A program made the position numbers and the translations under genes. Below the pieces are notes generated by a model. The model saw nothing but the letters and a program-made list of their open reading frames with translations, was not told the DNA's origin and did no database searches. Positions 50,640 through 62,612 of a stretch of 64,000 nt of DNA are shown in pieces (positions within the stretch are counted from its first letter, which is position 1; each line of letters opens with the position of its first letter). Source of the stretch: Epiperipatus broadwayi (Eukaryota > Animalia > Onychophora); the NCBI GenBank assembly GCA_028023455.1, contig JAQFVV010000010.1, forward strand, positions 9,486,001 through 9,550,000, given 5' to 3'.

Positions 50640-52190
50640 CATTAACAATATTCTTCATGATGACTGCCTCTCTATGTTTAATCTAGATTCTTTAATCTGT
50701 AGCTTTTCTGTCCCAGAACACCTCAACAACTTCTAACTTTATTTATTCATCTTTCTCATTGACTCTCTAGATTTTTTACAATCTCTTTGGATTCAGTTTA
50801 AGATTTGAACTGCCCATCTATTATCAAATATGATCACCCAAACATGATTTTACTTTCTTAATTCTTTCAATGATGTCAGAAATAATTGTTTGTTCTCTCA
50901 GCATTTCATTTTCAATCTTTTTTTGTTACTCCTAACATGCATCTCTCCATACATTGAGTTTCTTTTTTTATTAAGTATCCAAATTTCAGATCCATAAGTA
51001 AGAATTGGTAGAACACATCTATTAAAAACTTATCTCTTCAAACACATAGATATATTACCCTTTAAATAATTAAGTTATTTCTACCAAAAACATTCTATCC
51101 AATTTTAATTCTATGATTAATTTCTTCTGTTATGTTTCCATCTGTATTAATAACCTGACCAAGATATTTGTAGTTATTAAATTTTTCTAATTCATGATTG
51201 TTAATCTTATTTTCTTCTGAGAAAATCCAATAAACATTATCTCAGTCCTTTCTTGTTTTCATCTGATATCTCTTGCAACATATTCAAAAGCTCTGGAATA
51301 TTATTTGTAAAAACAAACACACAATCACATCATCTACAAAGTCTAGATGATTTAAATAATCTTCATTTACTTTTACTCCCTTAGCTTTTTATTTTAATCC
51401 ACAAAATACTTCTTGTAAAATGAGAAGTTTTGGAAATATAAGATTACCATTATACAGCCTACTTGTTTTCAGACTACTTAATATCACGATGTAATCCAAT
51501 CAATATTGCATTTTGAAATATTTTCAGAATATGGCAATATCCTGAATCTGTATTTTGATTATCTAATGCACTAATCACTGTAAAAATATGGCAACTTTCT
51601 CTATGCAGTCGTGCCACTCAGTAGAAGCCATAGTAATTAATGGATGCTAAAAGGTTTGAGCATCAAAGTCATCATCTACTGCCTTCTCATCCAATATCCC
51701 CTGACTAGTTTCTAGCTTGTGATCTTTAACATTGAAGAGTCTCGGATCTTAGAAAACTGCAACTAGAGTAGGCACTAGATAGGGATTTTGAGAATCAAAG
51801 CTTCTAACATCCATTAATTACTGTGGCTTGCATTAGATAGTACTATTGTATAGAGAGAGAGTTGCTACTGTTTTAACAGATTGTGTAAATGAAAAAAAAT
51901 TGTGATCATGTGATATTTTAGTGGTTTATCCCTGTAAAAAATTCTTTTAGAATCAAGTGCCTTTTTATAATTTATAAATTCAAAATATAATAGCAACTTG
52001 AATTCATTAGTTCTTTCTGCATTTTTTTTAAATATATCAATATAATCCACTGTGCTAAAACTACTTTTAAATCCAGCTTTTTTTCTTTGAATCCAAAGAA
52101 ACCCATTGATTCCTCTTTGCCTTAAAAACTGAGTAGAGCAAATTCCTAATGTCCACTTCATATGTTCTTGTCATTGCAACCATTATTATT
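50640..52190 (-). mobile_element. Decayed RTE-clade LINE RT/3' region, interrupted by a family A insertion
   Basis: AGFKSSFSTVDYI..FINYKKALDS (51865-52161), LNHLDFVDDVI, VFNRCVLPILTYGSEIW. Confidence 0.85.
51582..51932. mobile_element. Hammerhead repeat family A, diverged fold-back nested in the RTE
   Basis: Inverted arms around ...CCCTGACTAGTTTCTAGCTTGTG...; orientation flips near 51768. Confidence 0.8.
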
Positions 52191-52749
52191 ATGTGATTAT
52201 TCATATAGTAAGCAAACATGAATAGGCTCCTCACCAAAACACATCAACAGTTTGGATGGTTATCTGAGTTGCCTATGGACTGGCTCCTTGAAAGAAAATA
52301 CCAAATACAATGCTATCTTCACACTGAAAAATTTCTATTCCCATCAATGTGCATTCTTATATCATTTATTATAGTAACATTTAAAATAATAATTACTCAA
52401 ACAAAATTGATAACGAACAATTTCAATGTAAATACAATTTAATTTAAAATATCAAACCAGGTTTTTATTTCTTACATGAATCTTATCAGATATCTCCTTT
52501 TTTACAATCCCATAACAAACTATTCTATAGAAACTCATTCCAGTGAACATCTTTAAATAATAATACATTAAATATAAATATAAAGATTAATAAATACAAT
52601 CTAATTTTTCAATTTACAAAATAAATCTACAAAAACAATTGTAATTATGCTTTTAAAATTTCCAATAATCTAATAGTGACAATTTGGACCTTTAACCATG
52701 TTTTTTTTATTTATTTATATTTTCCTGAATATATAAAGTTTCATAATAT

Positions 52750-53620
52750 TTTCTTTCTTTAATTTTTAATACATTTTATTACATGAATATTTTTCTCACA
52801 GTTCAGTAACTAAAAAATGAAAAAACTCTAATTTAGTATCTTTTCTTTTAATTACCCTATCATATTTCTTATCTCTTTCAATGACAATTCCTGATTGACT
52901 TATATATATATATCATATTGCAATAGTCACAATTAATCTTATAAACTAATCCTACTTTATTTATAATATCAATCCATTTAGCATTACATATCCATTTTCC
53001 TAAAGATTTATTATTTTTCCATCCTACTTTAATATCATCAGGTAACTTCTTTGATCAATGTCTTATTTGCATCTGCTGAATATGGTATTGAACCCCATTT
53101 TTTACATTTATATACATGTTTTATATTATTTCATGTATTATTTTTATATATTATTTAAAATTTGTTCCAATAGCTTTTTTTATAAGCTATCTCTATACTA
53201 TCATTTTCATCATCCAGTTTTTGTCTAAATGCTTCTTCTGTATTAAATGATAGTCTATAATTTTTTAATTTAAAAGCTTTCAAATCTGATACTTTCTGAT
53301 TAGGATTGTTATGAATTTGCATCAATTACTTCTCTTTTTTCTTTATCTTTAATATAATACTTTATAAATATTTCCCCATTAATCTCTTTTATAAAACAAA
53401 TATTTGAATATTTTAATCCCTTTTTTTCCTTTTCCATTGTAAATCTAATATTGTTTTTATTATTATTCATTTCTTTAAATGCATTATTAATACTTCTATT
53501 TTCCATTTCAATTATATCATCATTATATCTATAGCATTCTATAATTTTTAATTTTTTTTTATATATTTGAATGACTATATAAAGGGAAATTCTTAGCACC
53601 CTCTGCTTTTAGCCATTAAC
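52750..53620 (-). mobile_element. Decayed Penelope-like element
   Basis: YRYNDDII...NIRFTMEKEK RT motifs (53309-53599) followed by the GIY-YIG-like VGLVYKINCDYCNMIYI (about 52895-52960). Confidence 0.8.
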
Positions 53621-54319
53621 GATTACCTTGACTGGCCACTTTACTTCTCCTAAAAATAAGTGCCATAAAATTAAACATCATTAAAAATAGAAATTTAAAA
53701 ATAACTGCAAAAGATATTTATGTTAGATTTTAAAACCTTTTTACTTTCATTCCTAATCTTTAAAAATTTTCAGCATAACAGATGTTTGCCTCATTTATTT
53801 TGAAGACTAATTAATATTAAAAGGTGAAAATTAAGAAACTGCTAATATTTTGCTTTCATATAAATTTATTTTTTATGTTTGTAAGATAAAATATTTTTGT
53901 GAAATTGTGTATATATAATAGACTCTTTGTACATGGAGGCAATTCAGAAACAGAATATTATGACAAAGCTTGTTCATTGGTGGTGTTATCTTTCCAGAAG
54001 TTGTGACATTTTTATCACAATATTTAGAGACATATCACAGTTTAATTGAATCTTTTTTACTCATAATGAAAATATAAAGATACACTAAACTAAAATAAAA
54101 ATGAAATAAATAAGCAAATATTTGATTAAAATGCATTTAAAAAAATAGATATTAAAACATTGTACAGGCTTAAACCTGCATTTATATATGTAATATATGT
54201 GGGATTCGAACTCAGACTTTCAAAAATAGATATTGCAAAATAAATGTAAAAAAAATCATACATGGCATATTCTATTTCTCCTACTCAAGTTTATGCTACC
54301 TAGGGCAAATTTAAATAAT

Positions 54320-54560
54320 CATTAGATGCCAGATGTAGTACTTAATAAATCTCTCTTTAACGGTGTCCTATTCACATTCCAGACTAGGTTTTAGCTTAAG
54401 ATTGCTACCAGTAATGAATTTTGGATATGGATCTATAGCATCTAGATTTTTTTAATCAAATGCCTCTTTCTTCCAACTATCTTTTTTTTTACTATCAAGC
54501 TATCACCTAAAATTTAAAAACACTTTAGTCCTTTAAATTCAAGCTAACTTCTTGTGATAT
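54320..54560 (-). mobile_element. Highly diverged family A copy
   Basis: Colinear remnants GATGCCAGA / CCAGACTAGGTTTTAGCTT / CTAGAT / AAGCTAT..AAAACAC. Confidence 0.5.
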
Positions 54561-57500
54561 CAGTTTATCCTACCTAGTTAAAAAGTAATTTAGAAACATT
54601 TAGCTATAAATTCATCTTGCTACCATTGTGCTAAATTGCATATGAAAATAATTTTTTGTATATAAATAGATATTCAGTAACACTTGCAGATAAAATAAAT
54701 TATTTATTTACAAACAAAAAGTATTTCTATGTCATGGTTAGCTTATATATGTTTAAATTTATTTTAATTTGATTGATTCATGTTCCAACTGACATTAAAC
54801 ATTAGGAAATATAAGACACTATTCTTTATTTATATATTTAAATAAAAGTTGGAAATATTTTCTTTATTATGCAATGATGACTACTACACAAACACTACAT
54901 ACAACAACTGTTTGAATCATGTAGAACATAAACTACTCCTGATGCAATAGACAAGTAATAAATATGCACACAAGACAATATTACATATAAAGAAGTAACA
55001 CACTATTTAAACAAATAACAAACAATCGTTTATTTACAAAATATTATAATTGTCAAGCAATATATGGTGCTCTTTTTCCTAAATATGATTACATTACAGA
55101 TTATCTCATAAGAATTTATAACTAATTTTTTTATAATTGATTATTGCTTTAATAAGCTATTTCTCCCCTATCTTCAAATTTTAGTTCACGTACAAAGTGA
55201 AAAACAATAATAGTTATTAGTATAAAGTGTCCAAGATTTATTTTGATTAATTTTAACCATTAATATTTCAATTACATCTTATAATACTAATATGGTTATA
55301 TGATTGAGCATTCTTGCTATGGAGTAAATCCCTGGTCTTTAATACACTCTGTATATAATCCTACACATAGATGAGCTTCACAAATACAATATATTTATTT
55401 ATATCATTACCATCATACCATAATCACACAAATATACTAATATAGGATTATTGTAACCTAATGATAATTCTAGGGAGTGAACACTTTAGGCCCAAATCTT
55501 AATAATTCAACTTAATCACTGAGATGGATGGTTGTTTTGAGTCTGATCTCTAATTTAATAGTAATACTACATAATTAATTGAGATAACCCTTTGAATCTA
55601 ACCTCAAACTTAGAGAACAAAAACATTAATAAACCCACCATATAGATATGGGATATTTTAACTACTCCACAGTGATCTAATGAATGCATTTACATTATAT
55701 GTTCTACATCCATAAAATTTAATTCATAGGAATCAAAAGGAGAGCTAATCTACAAAAGAACTCAATCAAAATTCAAAATAAACATTTAACTTAAAATACT
55801 ACTAATAATATTACACTCATTATTTAACTATATACTTTGCTTCATATATTTTAGAATCATGAACATGTTGTGTGTTCAAAGTAAATATTACATGCTGATT
55901 ATATACAACTTTACAAATTTGCTGACAATTTCCCATTAAAGAAAACTTTTTTTTTAAAAGAAGATAAAATTTTAACAAATTGTATCATATATATAATAAA
56001 GACAAAATAAAGGAAATTTTTTTTCAAATATAATTTTTTTTATTTCAGTTACTTTAAAATGCAGTTCGAGTATTTATAGTTGCTTAGCAACAAATGCTAT
56101 TTTTTTTCTTTGAAAACATTTAATTCCTCCTTTAATCAAATGATTAAATTGTATGTTATATAAATACTATATAGTTAATAAAATATAGTTTGTTAGAATT
56201 AAATATGCACTAAGAGGTCATAAAATAAAACTTAAAATGATTAGTAAGTTAGGATAACAATCTAAACAGTTTTTTTAACTTATGCAGCAAAGGTTCTATA
56301 GCCAGAATTCTCTAAAGATCATTGTGAGGATTTTTTTTCTTGCAAAATATTTCTCCCAAGATGGCTTCCATTAAACAATTCCATTTGTAATCCTTCTCCT
56401 TTCTTATACTGTACTTTTTGAAACTCCTGTCATTGAAATTTGAGGTTTAGGCATTTTTTCTTCATTTTTATTTTAAATTGCTTCAAAAATAGCTCAATCA
56501 CATTCCACAGAAATCTAGGTTAGACTTTCAGGCAGTCAATAGTTTTTCTTCTCTATTTGGCCATCCTAATGATGGTTCATGCAGCTTGATTAAAACAATA
56601 AGGATCATTTCACTAAGCAATTATATTTTTTTCACTATGTTTAAAAAAAAATTGAAGTTTTGCTGATATTATGTAAAATAAACTCAAATAAACAATGGTG
56701 TATTGAATATATTATTGAATTATCACTAGTTATGAGAAAGGTTTTATGACTTAGCAATTAAATTATCAAGTAGTTAGAATTTTCAAACAAGCTTTTCTTG
56801 TAGATTTCTAGCATATAGTCAATTTATATAGATACCCAATAATTTGCTATAGCTATCAGATAAAATAAAGGAAGAAATACTGTTAAAATTCTTACCATCT
56901 GGCATTTGACTAACCTGATGTTTTCATAATTACTATTTCTTTATGGTGAGATCTGAGAATATCAAAAAAGTTTTCTTAGGAAAACAGTGGACTTGGTGTC
57001 CCTTATTATTTTATTGTTACATTAACATTTTTATATTATTTTTGCCTGTGGCATAAATAAGAGTTGTCATATATTTTCTATGGTCTGTAAAATTGTCCAG
57101 TTTATTACCAAATATGTGTTCAATTTATAAAAATATTAACTTCTTGATCAGAATAACTAGAAAGCAAAAATCTTTTGCTGAAATTTTGACTTAAGAATTA
57201 AAACAATCTTATGCATGAAGCATAAAAGCCATGAAAAATATATCATGGTTATAATACTTACACTTATAAAGCACATAAACACAGGGACACATGGAAGTAT
57301 TAATCATATTACTAAAATATTAGAATGAAGAGGAAACTATCTCACACCTCTCCAGAACTGCAAATGAATGATTATGGATTGAATATCTTCAATGATCTTT
57401 TTATTGCAAAAAAAGGCATTGGGAAAGAATCACATTAATTTTCCTTTGGACTAGAACAACATACTCATGGATGGCTAAAATGCATAAAGGAAAGTTAAAG

Positions 57501-57814
57501 AAAATAATTACACCTCTTGATTATGATTAAATAGTTAGAAATGAAAAGTCTGTCCTGTAAAAGAAAACTACAATTCATATAATTATTTATTTATTTAAAA
57601 TTAAGTATAAATGAAAAGGATGAAAAGTCATAAATGCATGTAGAGAAATAATTATTTATTGTAAGATTTAGTTTATGCTTTTTAACTATATACACGCAGG
57701 ATTATAGAGGCAACTAAAAAAAATTACAAGATTTGGGTTAAAGTTTTAAATATGATATATATAAAATAAGTATGTGGCCTATTGCTTGGGAGCTCATAAG
57801 AAGTTTGATGCCAC

Positions 57815-57888
57815 ACCAGTGTGTTCCAGAATCGAATCTGAGACCACCTGTTCCCATGTCACATGCTCTACCAAATACGCCAAAGCAT
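57815..57888 (-). mobile_element. tRNA-like SINE head
   Basis: Minus strand TGGCGTATTTGGTAGAGCA (A-box-like) ... GATTCGATTCTGG (B-box-like). Confidence 0.5.
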
Positions 57889-58448
57889 GCAGAACATATG
57901 ATATATTAAAATAAATCTGCACTAAAGAGTTGGGGAATGGAACCAATCTTTTATCAATGACAAACTGACATCGACTGATCACAATAACGCATTGTCTTAT
58001 CATGTGACTAGCTTTGATAGAGGACTTCTAAAAAGACAATATAGTGAGTGCGCTGAATAATTAACTTAAAAGGGAGAGTGATAAATTCGCAAATTTGATT
58101 TTCTCTTAGGAAAATGAAAAAAGAGCAAGAGAAAAAAAATTGTTTGACAATTGAAAAAATTCTTATATTCAGCCTTTAGTTTTGACATTTGAATTGAATG
58201 TCACTAGAATCTCGGTTTGTCAGCTAAGTGATAAATCTAAAAAAAAAATTAATTACCGTAGCAATTAATAATTCAATATGCATATAAAATGATGCTATTA
58301 TATTTTTTATTATTTTAAAATTAATTATATCTTGATAAAGCTTAAAATAAAGTTAGTTAGAAAGCAATAGTAAAATAATGATAGAAATAGCGTTAGTAAA
58401 GAAACAATACAATATTTATATATATAGCATGCAAGACAGATCACCTAC

Positions 58449-58500
58449 CGTAATCAGTGTTTTCTGGTTCCCAGCAGTTAGAAGGCCAAAAATAAGGAGT
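58449..58500 (-). CDS. RGS7: RGS7/RGS6-family regulator of G-protein signalling, internal coding exon (52 bp, end of DEP domain/linker)
   Basis: Minus strand ttttttaaag|ACTCCT...GATTACG|gtaggt; translates TPYFWPSNCWEPENTDY+G, identical to the R7-RGS motif as I know it; phase 1 end joins the 21925-22066 exon. Confidence 0.96.
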
Positions 58501-59252
58501 CTTTAAAAAAGAAATTCACAAAGAAAAAGATAAGAAAAAAGTAGAGAGAGAAAAATTATTAAAGAATCTAATGAATAAAACACAGTGCAGCATTTTTAGA
58601 AAAAACGTATTTAAAAAAAAATCAGTAAATTGTAACATGAAACTAATTCAAGCACATATAGAAGAAAAGATTAGATATGACTGAAGATTTATAAAATAAT
58701 CTACATTAAAGATATTGCAAAAATTATAATTATTTTTAAAAAAAGAGTTAATAATTCATGTTACAAAGACATTAAAACTAATCGTTTAAATTAAATGTAT
58801 CTATAAATAATTAAGAAAATAGAATTCAATTATAACAGCCAAAGGTTATATACTAATCATACACCACAATGACCTTAGCTAACACATTGCTATTTATTAG
58901 CAAATTATTCTATTTTCACTATAAAAAACATGTTAGATATTCAGATAGCACAATACTGGATAAGGATTTATTAAGCACTCCCATCTGACATCTATTGATT
59001 ACTAAATCTTACACTAAATAGCATAAAAATAGTGAAAATATAATTTGCTAATAAAAGCTTACATAAACCATAGCTGTAATTTGTTGTCAAGATAACTTCT
59101 ATAAGTAAAAAAAAATTGCCTTGATAAAAGATTGTAGATTCTATGGTTTACATAAGGTTTGGCTGTTTTCATGTTATATGTATTTTTATAATAAAATAAA
59201 TACTGGAATTAATTCTACAATTTTCAAAACATCAATCAATCAATAAATAAAA

Positions 59253-59289
59253 GTTGGTGGTCGAGTGGTTAGCACAGCTGTCTTACAAG
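59253..59289 (+). pseudogene. Truncated tRNA-Gly/SINE head
   Basis: GTTGGTGGTCGAGTGGTTAGCACAGCTGTCTTACAAG. Confidence 0.6.
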
Positions 59290-60842
59290 TTTTTACAGTT
59301 AGAATTTTTTTAATTTTAATTGTAAAATGCTATTCACGATAATGCTAACTGGCGATAGCTTTTACTTCATTATTTATATATTGATATTTTGAAAAGTGCA
59401 AACCTAATAACAGTATTTTGTTTTATTGTATACTATTTTGTCTGATTAAGTATATATAAATTAAATGCATATTATAATAAATTAAATAAGACTGTACAAA
59501 TTGTCAAATTCTTTATCCAAATATTTAATTAATAAAACTCTAAAATAAATATATAATTGCCACCCTAATTGAAAAAAAGCACAGACAAGTACAAATACTT
59601 CAACATAATGTCTATAGATAAAGATATATAGATATCACTTTGGAATAGTGAAAACATATATATGATTATAATTTAAAGGATTTAGAGCTTAGTACAAGCA
59701 ACAAAATATTAGAACCTCTGAATCCAGTTTTGCATAATTATGCACCATAAACATCTTGATTCATTTCTGCGTGTATTGGTGGTTTATTTTTGACATTAAG
59801 TATATAGGTAAATTTAATTAATTTATATAAGCAAATTTAATTTAACAATATTACATTAGCGATTTCATGTTTAGGTTTTAAGCATTATAAGTGTTTACAC
59901 ATATAATGCTCATATGAATTTGATTTGAAATACACGTAGAAAAATTAATAATCGTACATTGAATTTTGTTAACTGCTTTTCTTGCTTCTCTTAATTGGTG
60001 CAAATCAAGAGTGTATTTTTATTTTTGTAAACATTCAATATAACAGTAATTTATTGTTAGTTTAATTGTATTACTTACGCCTGCGACAGTTTAGGACATC
60101 ACATAAAAATATTTAAATTTAATTAATTATAGAATTAAAACTGATGTAAGTAACAAATGGTACATACAAAAAAAATCTATATTTTAACTTAAATATTAAT
60201 CACAGAGGAACTAAAAAATATTTTTAAAAACATTAAAAAGAAATAAGACATTTAATAAACCCATGTCTAGTTGAATAATATATTATGTCAAATTCTTACA
60301 TCCACATTTGGTGGCTATTTTAAATGGTACTGCAGACTCTAAAAGATTTTTCACCAAAACAATTTGCGCTGCTTAATTAACGAATTTTTACAAGCATTAA
60401 AGATAACAATACTAGATTCATATTAAATACTTTGCATTCAAATTCAAATACTACTACAGCTTAAGTAATTAAGTAATCATTCATTGTGTAACTGTGCATG
60501 ATGACAAAAGGATACCTTCTATAGCAGATAGAAATTTGATTTTAAAAAATCCAAAATGAATAAGCCCAAAAATGAGTCAAACATTGAATTTTTTATGTAC
60601 AATGGCAGCTTAGAATTCATGTCACAATTAGCAGATTAAAAGACGTATTAAGATTCATACTCAACTATTAGCCTCATTTACAATGCTGTTTCAGTATAAT
60701 AACAGAAGTAACATCATTAACAACTCTTCAAATATAATAAAATTTTTTTGGGGGGTTTTTTAGTAAGGTTGGTTTTTTTTTTTATTATAAAAGAGAAAAA
60801 AAAAAAAAATTTTTTTTATTTTTAGAATGGTGTCTTCCAGAA

Positions 60843-60930
60843 CTCCCATGGTATAGCCATAGTGTATTTGCCTACCAGAGCCTGCAATCCAAGTTTGAAG
60901 CCAATTTAGATAAAACTTGAATTTTTTTCT
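60843..60930 (+). mobile_element. Old tRNA-derived SINE family member (related fragments at about 720-790, 16155-16225, 17975-18035, 19760-19825, 19885-19935)
   Basis: Shared CATGG(T/A)ATAG... start and GG(G)TTTGAATCCAGAT(C)...AAACTTGAA B-box-like end in both orientations. Confidence 0.45.
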
Positions 60931-61531
60931 GGCTTTTAATCATGTTTAGATTTATTTTTCACGTAAACAAACTGCAGAATTTTGAAATTCTATTTATTTT
61001 TAGCTAGAGAGTAAAATAAGTATGGGCAATTGCACAAATTTTTCACTATCTAACAATTGACAACTGAAATAAGTAATTCCTTCTCCTTTATTGTTTCTCT
61101 AGAGGATCCATTGTAAAGTATTTTCCCTTTAGTAGACTATGTAAAGGCTATTTTATTTTTTTATATAGGTAGGCTACAGTCATCCAATATTATAACCATA
61201 AACTTTTTTTAACATAATTACTATAAACTTTTTTTAATTTTATTTCCTTTAGTTTTTAAAATAATAACCTTAACAGGTATTTTATGTGCTACATTTTTTA
61301 GTAATTACTGTTTATGTCTTAATTAAGCTTTATTGGGAAGTAGTACAAAGATTGCATCTTAGGTTAATTAATGCTAATGTTTTGTAAATATTTCTATTTT
61401 GGTATGGATTTTTACAAGTACATAAACTTAATTTTAATTACAAAATGCATGTTCATGCATAATATGGTAGCAGTTATCAAGAGAACTAAATGAGATTTGG
61501 CTTTAAAAATATAAACAAGTAAGTTTAATCC

Positions 61532-62612
61532 TTATTAAAACAGGCAAAACTCTCCATACAGTAGTGCCACTCAGTGCTAACCAGAATAATCAATGGATGC
61601 CAGAAGGCTTGTGCATAAAATCCCAATCTAGTGCCTACTCATCCAATATTTTTAGACTAGTTTCTGGCTTGTGACCTTCATCAGTGAAGAGCTTTGGATC
61701 TGAGAGCATTGCACCTAGATCTTAGGATCTAATGCAACACTCCAGCAGCCACCTTTTATCTCTACTTAACTACAAAACTATGAGAATAAAATTGAAAACA
61801 CAATAATATTTTCAATCTAAGCCCAATAGCTTATATAGTCATATGAGTCTAAACCCAGTTCAGCACCCAAACATTTTGGTGTCTTTGACTCTTTAACAAC
61901 AATAGCGACAACTATCCTATTAGGCAGGATTGGTGTTAAACCACTAAACATCACATGATCACTATTTCCTATGTTAGCACCTTACTGTTATTAAGACAGG
62001 AAAAACTCTCCTCACTGATGAAGGCCACAAGCCAGAAACTAGTCTCGGTATATTGGATGAGTAGGCACTAGATTGGGATTTTATGCACAAGCCTTCTGGC
62101 ATCCATTGATTACTCTGGTTGACATTGAGTGGCACTACTGTAATGTGCTAACATAGGAAATAGTGATCATATGATTTTTAGTGGTTTAACACCAATCCTG
62201 CCTAATAGGATAATGGTGGCCATTGGGTTGTTAAAGAGCCAAATACACCAAAATGTATGGGTACTGAACTGGGTTCAGACCCATATGACTATAATCTATT
62301 GAGATTAGATTGAAAATATTATTGTGTTTTCAATTTTATTCCCATAGTTTTGTAGTTAAGTAGAGATAAAAGGTGGCTGCTGGAGGGTTGCATTAGATCC
62401 TAAGATCTAGGTACAGTGCTCTCAGATCCAAGACTCCTCACTGACAAAGACCACAAACCAGAAACTAATCTGGGGATATTGGATGAGTAGGCACTAGATT
62501 GGGATTTTAGGCACAAGCCTTCTGGCATCCATTGATTACTCTGGTCACTGAGTGGCACTACTGTATGGATAGTTTTGCCTGTTTTAATAACAGTAATGTG
62601 CTAACATAGGAA
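61532..62612. mobile_element. Hammerhead repeat family A: about 1.08-kb palindrome (antisense monomer plus about 1.4 sense monomers)
   Basis: Cores at 61655-61684 (minus), 62015-62044 (+) and 62441-62470 (+); monomer period 426 bp. Confidence 0.92.

Noticed and set aside
56400-56470. TGVSKSTV peptide resembling a Tc1/mariner helix-turn-helix
   Set aside because: Too short, flanked by stops, and no TIRs or catalytic domain found.
60300-60371. 72-bp minus-strand exon-like segment (AAQIVLVKNLLESAVPFKIATKCG)
   Set aside because: Open only in phase 1 while the RGS7 intron here is phase 0 (stop after 6 codons); no RGS similarity.
60740-60825. Run of T/G/A homopolymers
   Set aside because: Low-complexity tract, possibly low-quality sequence; no structure.
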